A program made the position numbers and the translations under genes. Under the pieces are notes generated by a model, which searched no databases, was not told the DNA's origin, and was given only the letters and a program-made list of their open reading frames with translations. Shown here one piece after another: positions 12,742-25,020 of a stretch of DNA of 51,072 nucleotides (its first letter is position 1; every line of letters begins with the position of its first letter). The stretch comes from Paraspadella gotoi. Taxonomy: Eukaryota > Animalia > Chaetognatha. The DNA is taken from the NCBI GenBank assembly GCA_051294375.1, contig CM119271.1, forward strand, positions 7,999,593 through 8,050,664, written 5' to 3'.

Positions 12742-15615
12742 TCTCTTCTCTCTCTCCTCTGAGAATAAAGGATACAAGAAGCGTGGCTCAACCACATTCC
12801 CCTTTGGCCGTTTCACACTCCGTCTTTTCCGTTCGTACCCAGTCACACTCACTGGTTTCCGGAAGCGGTTTCCAGCATTGCCTCCTTCTCTCCTCCTCTC
12901 CCTCTCTCTCTCTCTCTCTCTCTTCATCTCTTCTCTTCTCTCTTCTCTCGCTCCCCGGTCATGCGCGGTCCTCGTTCTCGCTCGACGCGGTATTTTTCTA
13001 TGTAACGGAAATGATTGGCGACTAAGTTTTGTGGAAGAAGAAACTGGTGAGGGGAAATAGAGAGGAAGAAAGGGGATAAGAAAAGAATAAAAAGGACACT
13101 AGAGGGGAAGAAGCCAAAGGAAATGAAGGAAAGAATAAGAATAAAGAGGAAATGGAAAAAAAATAGGGGAGAAGAATTAAAGGAAAGTATGATAGGGGAA
13201 ATATTAAAATAGTAATAGGGGTGTAAAAAGTAGAGAGAGGGGAAAATAAAGTGTAAATATAAGGGAAGAAGGGCAGAGGAAAAAGAAGTGATGAAAGAAA
13301 AAAGAGGAAAAGAAGAGAAGAATCAAAACTTGAAGGTAAACTTAAAATGTAAAAACGAAAAGGAATGTACAATAAAGTTGGAGCGATGGAACATAAATTT
13401 ATTTGAGTTGGAACCAAACAAAGGATATTTAGACGTGAGATAGTATGATTATATTGCTTATATTTATTTGGAGCGAACAGTAATTATATTATTAATAATA
13501 TATTATAGTAAAAATCCTTAAACAAATAAATTCTGTTAAAATAAAATTTTTTAAAAATATTTTATTAAAAAATCTGATTCGTTTATAAAAAGTTGCATCA
13601 AAGATATAAAATATTGTCAATTTTAAAAATTTAAAGTCTTCAGCGTTAAAAAATGGAGAAAAAGGACAACATATTCATCTTTTTTATGCTCTCGTAATAA
13701 AAACTATTTATATGATGAAACTTTTTAGTCATTTTCGCAGCTTGATCTAAATAATTAAAGTCTTTCAGTTTTTTCCTGCAAATTCAAAACTGCTCTAGAA
13801 ATTGAAAAAAAATATGATTTTTAATTTTTAAGATTTTATTAAGGATTATATATAAAAAAAATTAATTTAGATATGTTATATAATTTTTTTTAAAAAGCTA
13901 ATTATTTTATTCATATACAAAGGCAGTATCACTCCACCCTAATGTACACACTAATTCTAAAATCAAACGGAGAAATTGGATTAGTTGAAAAAAAGGGAAA
14001 AAAACTTTAAAAAGTTAAGGAGAAAACGCTTACGCTTAATTTACGAGTCGATATAAACCACCGTAAGCACTGCAGCAGTAAGCAGGTGTTTCCACACAGG
14101 TATATTAAACATTTTTTTTTTCCTGGTGAACTTCGTTCTATCAAAACGAAAGCTGTATACAAACCTTGAAGCGACTGACCGGAAAAACGTCAGTCAGCGT
14201 CGTCACGACTAGCTGTGAAGCTAAAAAGGCGGGCCGCACGCCTCGTCATATAATAAGGAAGGAAACTAAAAAAGGAAAGGAAAAAAAGTGTTCAAAGCGA
14301 AAATAGAAAGAGAGGGGGTTTGGAAAAAAAACAGTGGTAAAAAAGTAAGAAGGGAGCGTCAAAAAAAAACAAGGAAGAAAGTCTATGGGCTCAAAGTGGC
14401 GGGCGTTAAAGGGAAACAAGGGGGGGAAAAAAAAAAAAAGGAAAAAAAAGGAGGTCAGACCCGAACCGAGAAGATTTTTTTTCCGAGAGTGAACTAGACC
14501 TGAGGGTGAGTGAAAGAGTGGGTAAGGGTGGAAGGGGTGTCGGGTGGCACTAGTTTCCATCGTGCGAAACGAGAAATTTTTATGGGTGCGTTTCAGACTT
14601 TGACAATTGTGGTGACCTTCTATGGCGCCGAGAGGGGTGGGGGGAGAGATGAGGGGTGAGACTTACGAGAGGGGGGGCGACGTACTCAACGTGAATATCC
14701 TGAAGAATGGAGAACGTTTTAGAACGGTGCGTTATATATAAATATTACGTATATATAAAAAACTATTATAGATTGGTGTTTAAAAAAAAAACGCGATAAA
14801 AATTTAAGTGATTGAAAGAAGAAGGAGAGAACGGTGGGATTTGAAAAAGAATGGAAAGACAATTCCGGATGAGAGAAAAAACGAGAGAGAGATGAGAGAG
14901 AGAGGAGAGAGAGAGAGAGTAGAGAGAGGAGAGAGAGAGGAGGGGGAGAGAACAGCAAGACGAGAGAGAGAGAGAGAGAAAACGCGAGTTGCCCTGGGAA
15001 TTGAAGGTTTTCCCTTCACTCAACTTTTTTCATCTCTTTTTTTTATATTTTTACAGCTTCTCTCTTGCCTCGTTCCTCTCTTTCTTTTTATATGGATTTT
15101 TTTTCTTATCTCCCTTTTCTTTTCTTTTCTTCTCTTTTCTTTTTTTCACGTTTCTTATCTCATTTTTTCAAACTTTACCTCTCTCTCTCTCTCTCTTTCT
15201 CTTTTCTCTCTGCTTCTCTCTCTCTCTCTCTTCTCTCTCATCTCTCTCTCTCTCTCTCACTCTCTCTCTCTCCTCTCACTCTTCTTCTCTCTCTCACGCC
15301 GTATTTGTCAACGCTTCATTTTTCACGTCTAATTTTTTTAAACTTCCCTCCTCTTCTGGACCGTAAGGGATTATTATTTTCCACCTTAATTCTTCCTTCA
15401 GTCCGTTCGTTCGTCCGTCCGTCGTCCGTGTGAGAATTTACATTCTCTCTTTTTTTTTTCAACAAATTCTCTCCAGCGCGTCGTATTCAAAATATCAATC
15501 ACTCGAGGGGAGAAAGAAAAAAAAAAATACTTTTTTTTTCGATCCGTTTTCAACGGGCTCTGACGTTTTTTTTCCTATTTAAACGCCTCAACCCTGCTTC
15601 CAAACCCCTTCACCG
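8764..15615. repeat. Copy B of the ~7-kb tandem duplication (gap-free, indel-rich)
   Basis: Collinear with 326-8763. It starts at the junction ccccttcacc|ggcgagattag and supplies sequence where copy A has N gaps (e.g. ~12760-12880, ~14380-14680). Differences are mostly 1-2 nt indels. Confidence 0.92.
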
Positions 15616-15787
15616 CTCCTTTCACACACCCCTCACCGATCCCTTCCACACCCCCTTCACCGATTCCTTCCACACCCCTTTCACCGATCCATTCCACACC
15701 CCTTCACCGGATCCCTTCCACCATCCCTTTCACCGATCCTTCCGAACCCCCTTCTCGCGATCACCTATCCACACCCCTTTCACCATC
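15595..15787. repeat. Degenerate C-rich minisatellite, ~23-24 bp unit (ccccttcaccgatcccttccaca)
   Basis: About eight imperfect copies running into a gap. Similar cttccaca-type sequence flanks the next gap (~17245-17284, ~17665-17730). Confidence 0.85.
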
Positions 15788-17837
15788 NNNNNNNNNNNNN
15801 NNNNNNNNNNNNTCCTGCTTAAAAAAAAAAGTAAAAATCGTAGCCCGACACATTTTTTTTTCTCGTGCGAATATTTATAAACAAACGCCGAGTTTCTGCT
15901 GAAAAACAAAAAAAAATCCACCAATCTTTATATTGCAATTTGTATTTTTCTATTTTTTTTTCTTTTTTAATTTGTTTTTATTTAAAACTGACGCTAGGAA
16001 AAAAAATAAACGACCTTTCGAGCGACGGTTTTCTTAATTAATTTCTCGCCTTTTTATTTAACGAATGAGATAAGACGTCGTTTTCAATTTGCGTTTGTAT
16101 TATTTTTTTCTTTAACAAATAAACAATATTTTTTTTGCTTTCTTCATTCTTCAATTTACCATTGTCTGAATTAGTTTTAATTTTTGTATGTTTTTGCCAC
16201 AATTCCTTCGCCTAACAACTTGTGATAATTTTTTTTTTACGGGATCTTCATTGAATTGACGAGCGGTTGGAGGTCGTTGCTGTGGGCTGTCTTCGTCTCC
16301 GTCATAATTGTAAAGAATACTTAGAATTATTCTAATTTAAATATAATAAAAATCATTATTTTTAGATTTAGCGGAAGGCTCTGCAAGACAGCTTCAGGCC
16401 CTCGATTAATCCAACTTCTCTCTCGCCAAATTATTTTCTTCTTCGTTAAACCCAACCATTTTTTCTGTTGTTTACCCTCGAACGCCTTTTGTTTACGTTT
16501 CCACGTTTTCTCATCAGAGGGCTCCCCTTTTGTTTATTCTCTCCATCGCCGCAACCATAAAAAAAAACAAAAAAACCCAACAACCAAAAAACCCGCAGAT
16601 TCTTTTTTTCATTCTTTCTTTCTTTTTTTCTTCCTCCCCAAAAAAATCGTGAATTATTCACCTTCAATTTCCCATCGACATAAAATTCTCATCCTTGCGT
16701 TTCCTCATCATTTCCGAGAAATGATGGTCGCCCTCACGAGCGATGGTTCTTTTCCCAGGAAGAAAGGTTGGTGTCTTCTTTATCATTAACACTGATAGAT
16801 TCTTCCTAGAAATAACGATTTCGCTTATGTATCATAGTTACAATGATAGACGTTCCCAAACCCATTCGTCAGAATCGCCGAGGATCCATGACAGTCCCGG
16901 ATGTCATCGGTTTTTTTTTTCTACCACAAATATCATCGCTGGCATAATTCGCGTCATCATCGCTCTCATTATCGCGTTAATCATCGCTCTACTCATCATC
17001 GCGTCGTAATCGCTGTCGGCCTTTTTCTTTCTCGTCGCCATTACTCTTTACTTCCGACGACCTTTGCCGTCGACGACGACGACGAAGATGACGACGACGA
17101 CGACGACGACGCAAACAATTACAATTACTTCATGTAAACTTAAACTAATGTCATATTACGCTCGGTTATAATCTACTTAATTGTCACCTTCTATAACATC
17201 AAACCAATAATATTTTAACCGGCAGTCACCCCAGTCCGCGCCCAACACTTCCATCCACATCAATCACCATCCCGTGGACACCCCNNNNNNNNNNNNNNNN
17301 NNNNNNNNNNNNNNNNNNNNNNNNNNNNNNNNNNNNNNNNNNNNNNNNNNNNNNNNNNNNNNNNNNNNNNNNNNNNNNNNNNNNNNNNNNNNNNNNNNNN
17401 NNNNNNNNNNNNNNNNNNNNNNNNNNNNNNNNNNNNNNNNNNNNNNNNNNNNNNNNNNNNNNNNNNNNNNNNNNNNNNNNNNNNNNNNNNNNNNNNNNNN
17501 NNNNNNNNNNNNNNNNNNNNNNNNNNNNNNNNNNNNNNNNNNNNNNNNNNNNNNNNNNNNNNNNNNNNNNNNNNNNNNNNNNNNNNNNNNNNNNNNNNNN
17601 NNNNNNNNNNNNNNNNNNNNNNNNNNNNNNNNNNNNNNNNNNNNNNNNNNNNNNNNNNNNNNNNTCCTTTTCCTTTCCACAACCCTTTTTACCTTCCACA
17701 TCCCCCTTTTTCTATTTCCACACCCTACCTTTCTTTTTCCACTCCCCCCCCTTCGAGAGAAGTGACTCTTGATGCGTCCTTCCGTCCATTAATCCTAGGC
17801 GCCGCCGACCGGCGAAGAACGAAGGGGAGCGCGAAGG

Positions 17838-17873
17838 GGTGCCTGCGGTGCCTGCGGTGCCTGCGGTGCCTGG
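17838..17873. repeat. 9-bp tandem repeat (ggtgcctgc)x4 in a GC-rich island
   Basis: ggtgcctgc ggtgcctgc ggtgcctgc ggtgcctgg read directly. Confidence 0.9.
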
Positions 17874-18415
17874 GGTACCCGTGGTGCCGGGTTGGGAGGT
17901 GCCAGGGCTCGACAGGTGGCGGATGTTCGAGCGGATGCCGGATGCCGCGAGATGATGGATGCCGGGTTCAGCGTTTTTGGCGCCAAACGCAGATGGGGGA
18001 CAGACGCGGGGCGTTGGCGTCGGCGAGGACGATGATGGCCGAGTGTGGAGAATTTGGGAAAGTGCAGGTGCAAGTTTTGGGAAGGATCTGAGGAGGTGCA
18101 GCGTTGTTAATGAGTCATTTCTTGGCAGATGCAAAGTTCCACGTCCCAATTGTAGAAGCGACATTGTGAACTCATAAAGAATTAGTAGAAATATAAGCAT
18201 TACATCCCTCACAGGCGGAGTTTCCTCCGCAGGTGTAACTTCTTAATCAGGCGAGAACCTCCTCAGCAGGTGCAGTGATTCGAAGCGAATCCATTTTTTT
18301 TCTTTCTCAAATGAGAATCGAATTTCTGTTGAAGGAATGAGATGCGGGAAAAGGTAAGGAAAAGTAAAATGAGGAAAGGTAAGTGAAGAAACTGGAAGTA
18401 GGAGGTGGCTGCCTT

Positions 18416-18670
18416 ATGACTTGACATGACATGACTATATGACTAAAATAACTTTCTTAGCCCGTGTATTTATGACACGCACTGCTTCGTAATTCGTCTT
18501 TTATTAGTTTTAGGATTTCCTGAAAGCGGCGTTAGCAGTTCATTTTATTTCTAGTTTTTTCCTGACTTAACAAATGAGAAACCAACTATGCAAGTTAAGA
18601 GCATTTTTAATGTCAGTGGGACAGACCGACCGAAAGACCGACCGAAAAGCAACTTATAGAGTAGCTCCGA
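18416..18670 (+). mobile_element. Short interspersed repeat, HINE/DINE-1-like non-autonomous rolling-circle element, copy 1
   Basis: Collinear with 28644-28915: (atgac)n head, aataact..ct..gcccgtgtatt.atgaca.gcactgc, atttcctgaa.gcggcg.tagcagt, cttaacaaatgag.aaccaacta, gagcatttttaatgt.agtgggacagac, then a gacc-type microsatellite and cttatagagtagctccg. The repeat is seen directly; the class is inferred from the internal tetranucleotide array typical of DINE-1/HINE. Confidence 0.6.
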
Positions 18671-19343
18671 CAAAGAAAGAAAAGAAAAGAATAATAATAT
18701 ATTAATAGATTAATAATATAATATATTAATAGAGAAAATTAAAACGAGGAAAATTAGTTCTTCGTTGTTGTTGTTGTTAGAAGGGTTTGAAATTGTCGAG
18801 TTAGATTAAAAGTTATTAATTCGTGATTCAACTGATTACTTTTATATTCTGCGAAGTTAGTAGGTTAGTAAATTAAGTTAGTTTGTTTATGAGTTAATTA
18901 CCCATTTTCCTTCGCACTTCGAGAGTAATTTTTTTTTTTTTGATAAGAGGCTCCATTTTTTTTTAAGACGAAGCTCAAGGATAATGACTGGGCGAGCGAG
19001 ACGACGACGACGACGATAATAATGACGACGACGATGATGAGGATGACGACGACGACGACGACGATTGCGGCGTCGGGTTGCACTGACTTTGGCGCCTTAA
19101 AGGGCGTCGACGCCGAGAGGAAAGGGAGAATGGCGAAGATGAGAAATGCGACGACGCTGACGGCGACGTTTAGAATAAGATATTGAAAATATCTATTTTT
19201 TTTTAATCAACGCAGAAAAGGAAATATAATACTCAGTTACTCACATTCCACTCATATCATTATGAGGACCGATATAATCCACTTGAAATCAAATCTGCCA
19301 TTTTAAATTTCCCGCTTTTTTTTTTCTTCCAAGCGTCAGTCTG

Positions 19344-19577
19344 AACAACAACAACAACAACAACAACGCATAAATCGTCGCGAACAAACTGTATATTTGG
19401 CTTCGCATGAAAAGGCTTCTTATCGGACTTTGTCCAAAATTTTACGTAGCATTGAGGGTAACCCCCCCAAAAAGGTTAATGGGTGTGCCGACACACAGGG
19501 TAAGTACCGAGTAAGGATTGAACCAGGTACCTGGAGTTCATGAACTGACGACTTTGTATTCAACGGGCCAGTCGCGA
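19344..19577 (-). mobile_element. tRNA-derived SINE-like element
   Basis: Minus strand has an A-box-like tggcccgttga (19570-19560) and B-box ggttcaatcct (19524-19514) at tRNA-like spacing (~46 nt), then gtgtcggca (shared with the 45.7-kb element). A possible (TTG)n tail lies at 19367-19344. No clean cloverleaf. Confidence 0.5.
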
Positions 19578-21132
19578 GGAACATTGCATCTTTACGGGGT
19601 GAACATGTGAAAAGCTCGTTACAAGTCGATGGGTTTAAATCTACTCCCCGTCATTTTGCCCCTTTCTCGGGGATATCGAACAACAAACCACAATAATAAA
19701 AACTACAACAACAACAACAAGAACAACAACAACAACATTCACGTTCCGCTTTTTGAGGGCGCCAAGTGAAGTCGATGAGGATGGAGGATTAACGGCGTCG
19801 TAAACCATTTTTGACGCCGGACAAGACGAGAGAGAGAGAGAGAGAGAGAGANNNNNNNNNNNNNNNNNNNNNNNNNNNNNNNNNNNNNNNNNNNNNNNNN
19901 NNNNNNNNNNNNNNNNNNNNNNNNNNNNNNNNNNNNNNNNNNNNNNNNNNNNNNNNNNNNNNNNNNNNNNNNNNNNNNNNNNNNNNNNNNNNNNNNNNNN
20001 GAATATGACGGGAAAAACGAGGTAGTTTAGCTTTCGTCAAACTTTAATGTTCTCTTTTATTTATTTTTATACCGCACCCTTTTCTTATTATTTTTCATTT
20101 TATCGTCCAATCAATCACGAGTCCGATAAAAACTGACATTAAACGGCATTAAGTGTCGTCTAGGGTACAATATATCCGTGAGCTATGTTATACAAATTGG
20201 TTCTGAAAACAAAATTCTTTCGGATTATGTTTAAGCTAGAAACGAATTCTAATACGTAATGCGTAAATAAATACGTACGTTGATAGGCATGTATTCAGAT
20301 TTAAGCATGTCTTAAACAAATGAAATAAAACCTTCGAGCTTTCGAAAACAAGAGAACAACTCGAATCGTAGCGACCTCTCTCGTGCGAAACTCTCGACTC
20401 GAACTGAGGAGAATCAAAATATTAGTCGAGACTCGAGATTCTGGAAGAAAGAATTTGGCGGGAAAAATCTGAGNNNNNNNNNNNNNNNNNNNNNNNNNNN
20501 NNNNNNNNNNNNNNNNNNNNNNNNNNNNNNNNNNNNNNNNNNNNNNNNNNNNNNNNNNNNNNNNNNNNNNNNNNNNNNNNNNNNNNNNNNNNNNNNNNNN
20601 NNNNNNNNNNNNNNNNNNNNNNNNNNNNNNNNNNNNNNNNNNNNNNNNNNNNNNNNNNNNNNNNNNNNNNNNNNNNNNNNNNNNNNNNNNNNNNNNNNNN
20701 NNNNNNNNNNNNNNNGGAGGAAAGGAGACGAGAGAACAGAAAAGCTTAAGACGTTTTATGTACGCGATGGGAGACTGTTGTTTGGGTGGTAAAAGGAGAT
20801 AGAGAAAGAAGATGGAAAAAGGAGACGGAAAAAGATGGCGAGAGAAGGAGAAAAATAAAAAAAAAGTTGTATGAGGAAAAGTCAGAGGTAGGAAAAAAAA
20901 AAGAAACACAAACGTGAAAAGAAAAGAAAGAATAGAAAAAAAGAATAAAGAGGAAGAATGGCAAAAAAAAAATTAAACAGGGAAAAAATGAAAAGGAAAG
21001 AGAGAGAGAGAGAAAAAAAAATGAAGAAAGAGGAAAGAGCGACTATAATGTCGAATCCCATCGGACGGGACGCGCGGTCGTAACCCGGTAACTCGCAGCT
21101 TACAGGGCGCGCTAGTGAAGGCAGCGAAGGGC

Positions 21133-21179
21133 CGGTGAGCGGGCGGTGAGCGGGCGGTGAGCGGGCGGTGAGTGGCGGC
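21133..21179. repeat. 11-bp GC-rich tandem repeat (cggtgagcggg)n running into a gap
   Basis: Three perfect copies plus one degenerate copy. Confidence 0.9.
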
Positions 21180-21685
21180 NNNNNNNNNNNNNNNNNNNNN
21201 NNNNNNNNNNNNNNNNNNNNNNNNNNNNNNNNNNNNNNNNNNNNNNNNNNNNNNNNNNNNNNNNNNNNNNNNNNNNNNNNNNNNNNNNNNNNNNNNNNNN
21301 NNNNNNNNNNNNNNNNNNNNNNNNNNNNNNNNNNNNNNNNNNNNNNNNNNNNNNNNNNNNNNNNNNNNNNNNNNNNNNNNNNNNNNNNNNNNNNNNNNNN
21401 NNNNNNNNNNNNNNNNNNNNNNNNNNNNNNNNNNNNNNNNNNNNNNNNNNNNNNNNNNNNNNNNNNNNNNNNNNNNNNNNNNNNNNNNNNNNNNNNNNAA
21501 AAAAAAAAAGGATTAAATTTTTGTAACAAATTTAAACGGAAGAAAATCAAAAATCATAAAAAGAAAAAGAAAAATAAAAATCTGGCGCGAAATTTTCTCT
21601 TATGCAGATTGTGGACGAAAAAAAAAACGGGATTAGCTCAAACGGATTAGAAATAATTTTATCGCCCAAATAAACTTTTCAAACT

Positions 21686-21687
<2 letters not shown>

Positions 21688-21780
<93 letters not shown>
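21688..21780. repeat. Perfect (CT)n microsatellite
   Basis: Uninterrupted ct dinucleotide run of ~93 nt. Confidence 0.98.
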
Positions 21781-21783
<3 letters not shown>

Positions 21784-24700
21784 CTAGACGGAGATTTTTC
21801 AATGTTTTTTTTTGCTCTCTAAATTTTTTTCCAAAAAAATCTTGAATTTTTTTTCACGCTTCTTATCTTTTTATCGATTTTTTTTTTCTCTGCCCATAAA
21901 AAATTCTAATCTAATTTCGACGCCAAAATTTTGAGGTAGAAAAAGAAAATAAAGAATTGTCTTTTTAATTCTACGGTGTCGGCGCAAAAAAAACAAACAA
22001 AAAAAAAAAAAAACCCGATCGCTTGCCAAAGCTTGCTTTACATCCGGGGCTCAAAGCGATACAAAAATATCCTTTTACTTTTAACCCATTTTTTTTTTGA
22101 ACGAAACGACTCCAAGGTAAAATGAGTACTAAAAAAAAAAGGAGACCAGCGATAAAACTTCAATGCTACAATCTTACAATTCGCACGAATTTTTTTTTTC
22201 TTTTTTTTCTCTTTCTTTTTTCTTGTCGGCCGAATTGGCGAAGAATCTTCAGGAGTTGGAATCCGGAGGGAGAATGTGAGGCAATAAAACGGAAACGATG
22301 GGGTAGAAAAAAGGGGAAAAAAGGGGAAAAAGGGTGGAAAAAAGGGACATGGGAGACATGGGAAAAGGGAAAAAAAGGGGAAAGGGGAAAAGGGTGAAAA
22401 GNNNNNNNNNNNNNNNNNNNNNNNNNNNNNNNNNNNNNNNNNNNNNNNNNNNNNNNNNNNNNNNNNNNNNNNNNNNNNNNNNNNNNNNNNNNNNNNNNNN
22501 NNNNNNNNNNNNNNNNNNNNNNNNNNNNNNNNNNNNNNNNNNNNNNNNNNNNNNNNNNNNNNNNNNNNNNNNNNNNNNNNNNNNNNNNNNNNNNNNNNNN
22601 NNNNNNNNNNNNNNNNNNNNNNNNNNNNNNNNNNNNNNNNNNNNNNNNNNNNNNNNNNNNNNNNNNNNNNNNNNNNNNNNNNNNNNNNNNNNNNNNNNNN
22701 NNNNNNNNNNNNNNNNNNNNNNNNNNNNNNNNNNNNNNNNNNNNNNNNNNNNNNNNNNNNNNNNNNNNNNNNNNNNNNNNNNNNNNNNNNNNNNNNNNNN
22801 NNNNNNNNNNNNNNNNNNNNNNNNNNNNNNNNNNNNNNNNNNNNNNNNNNNNNNNNNNNNNNNNNNNNNNNNNNNNNNNNNNNNNNNNNNNNNNNNNNNN
22901 NNNNNNNNNNNNNNNNNNNNNNNNNNNNNNNNNNNNNNNNNNNNNNNNNNNNNNNNNNNNNNNNNNNNNNNNNNNNNNNNNNNNNNNNNNNNNNNNNNNN
23001 NNNNNNNNNNNNNNNNNNNNNNNNNNNNNNNNNNNNNNNNNNNNNNNNNNNNNNNNNNNNNNNNNNNNNNNNNNNNNNNNNNNNNNNNNNNNNNNNNNNN
23101 NNNNNNNNNNNNNNNNNNNNNNNNNNNNNNNNNNNNNNNNNNNNNNNNNNNNNNNNNNNNNNNNNNNNNNNNNNNNNNNNNNNNNNNNNNNNNNNNNNNN
23201 NNNNNNNNNNNNNNNNNNNNNNNNNNNNNNNNNNNNNNNNNNNNNNNNNNNNNNNNNNNNNNNNNNNNNGAGAGAGAGAGAGAGAGAGATATTTAGCTTT
23301 CCAGTCTTTTACACCGTTACTGTATCTGATTTTGTTAATACCGTTTTTGGTATAATATCAAAATAAAACAAATTATCCCAGTACTCATAACTCCGTTCAA
23401 TAATTAAACTGTTAGATTAATTGTTTAATCATGTTTTTTTAAGTGATTAAAAAAATTATCCTGCTTAGATAATCTTAAAAATGCGGCAAGAGTTTCGTAG
23501 GTCGATAGCCTATGACACTTAAAATGGTCAGACAGACGGCCCTCGTTTCTGCATAAAGTTATAACGTTTCAATAACGTTTATAATTTTGTTGTTTAAAAA
23601 ATAATAGTTTATATAGAACGAAGATTTTAAAATTCTGTTAAATTTAGCAGTTTTTTTTTTTGTTTTTTTTTGTCCCGCATTTTAAACGCATTTGCCGAAG
23701 AAAGCGAGTTTGAGGGCCTATAACCAACGTTAAAAATAAACCNNNNNNNNNNNNNNNNNNNNNNNNNNNNNNNNNNNNNNNNNNNNNNNNNNNNNNNNNN
23801 NNNNNNNNNNNNNNNNNNNNNNNNNNNNNNNNNNNNNNNNNNNNNNNNNNNNNNNNNNNNNNNNNNNNNNNNNNNNNNNNNNNNNNNNNNNNNNNNNNNN
23901 NNNNNNNNNNNNNNNNNNNNNNNNNNNNNNNNNNNNNNNNNNNNNNNNNNNNNNNNNNNNNNNNNNNNNNNNNNNNNNNNNNNNNNNNNNNNNNNNNNNN
24001 NNNNNNNNNNNNNNNNNNNNNNNNNNNNNNNNNNNNNNNNNNNNNNNNNNNNNNNNNNNNNNNNNNNNNNNNNNNNNNNNNNNNNNNNNNNNNNNNNNNN
24101 NNNNNNNNNNNNNNNNNNNNNNNNNNNNNNNNNNNNNNNNNNNNNNNNNNNNNNNNNNNNNNNNNNNNNNNNNNNNNNNNNNNNNNNNNNNNNNCATTAA
24201 GAGTCGAGAAAAGGAAAAAAAGACTGAGACTGAGTCAGTCTATCGTCGATCAAAGAGAAGACTGGTTCGAAGTAAACGACGACGACCGACGACACGACGC
24301 TTCAACAGAACGAACCGACTGACGACGACATGCAATGATAAAGCATCGACAACGATTATCCACATAAGACACCATGACAACGAGCCGACGATGACGACGA
24401 ACGACGAAGACGACGACGAACAACAACAATGACAAAAATGATGATGACGACGACAACGAGGGTTAACGATAACGACCAGGAGAAAAGAGACAAAGATGAA
24501 GACTAACGAGAGATAATGAAATGGCGGAGAACGACAATGTCTGCAATGAAAGAAGATGAAGTCAAACGACCAAGAGGAAGAAGAAGGAAGAAGAAATAAA
24601 AGATCGATCGATCGAAGAGAAAATCGACGTCGAGGATCGAAAATGGAGGCGCTGCTGCCGCTGAAGCTGCTGCCGCTGTTGTGTTTCTTATTGTTCTTCT

Positions 24701-24835
24701 TCTTTGGAAAGTCGTGGGTTTCTTGTAATCGCATCAGTTTCTAATCAATTTTTTTAGCTTAAAAAAAAAAAAAACTTAAATGAGTGAAGTTTTCTCAATT
24801 GTTATTTTTTATTTTCTCTCTTTTTGTTTTCCTTT

Positions 24836-24837
<2 letters not shown>

Positions 24838-24885
<48 letters not shown>

Positions 24886-25020
24886 TCCTTCTTTCCTTCT
24901 TTCTTTCTTTCTTTCCAGTTATTTTCAATTTCCTTTGCTTTCCTTTCCTTTCCTTTTCATTCCTTTCCTTTTTCTTTCCTTTCCTTTTCCTTCCTTTCCT
25001 TTTCTTTTCTTTCCTTTTCC
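24838..25020. repeat. Compound (TTTC)n/(TTTCC)n microsatellite
   Basis: Read directly. It explains the F/L/S-rich and K/R/E-rich ORFs here. Confidence 0.95.

Noticed and set aside
19514-19577. Functional tRNA gene (also 45681-45745)
   Set aside because: A/B boxes are present, but I could not build acceptor and anticodon stems. Treated as SINE-like heads.
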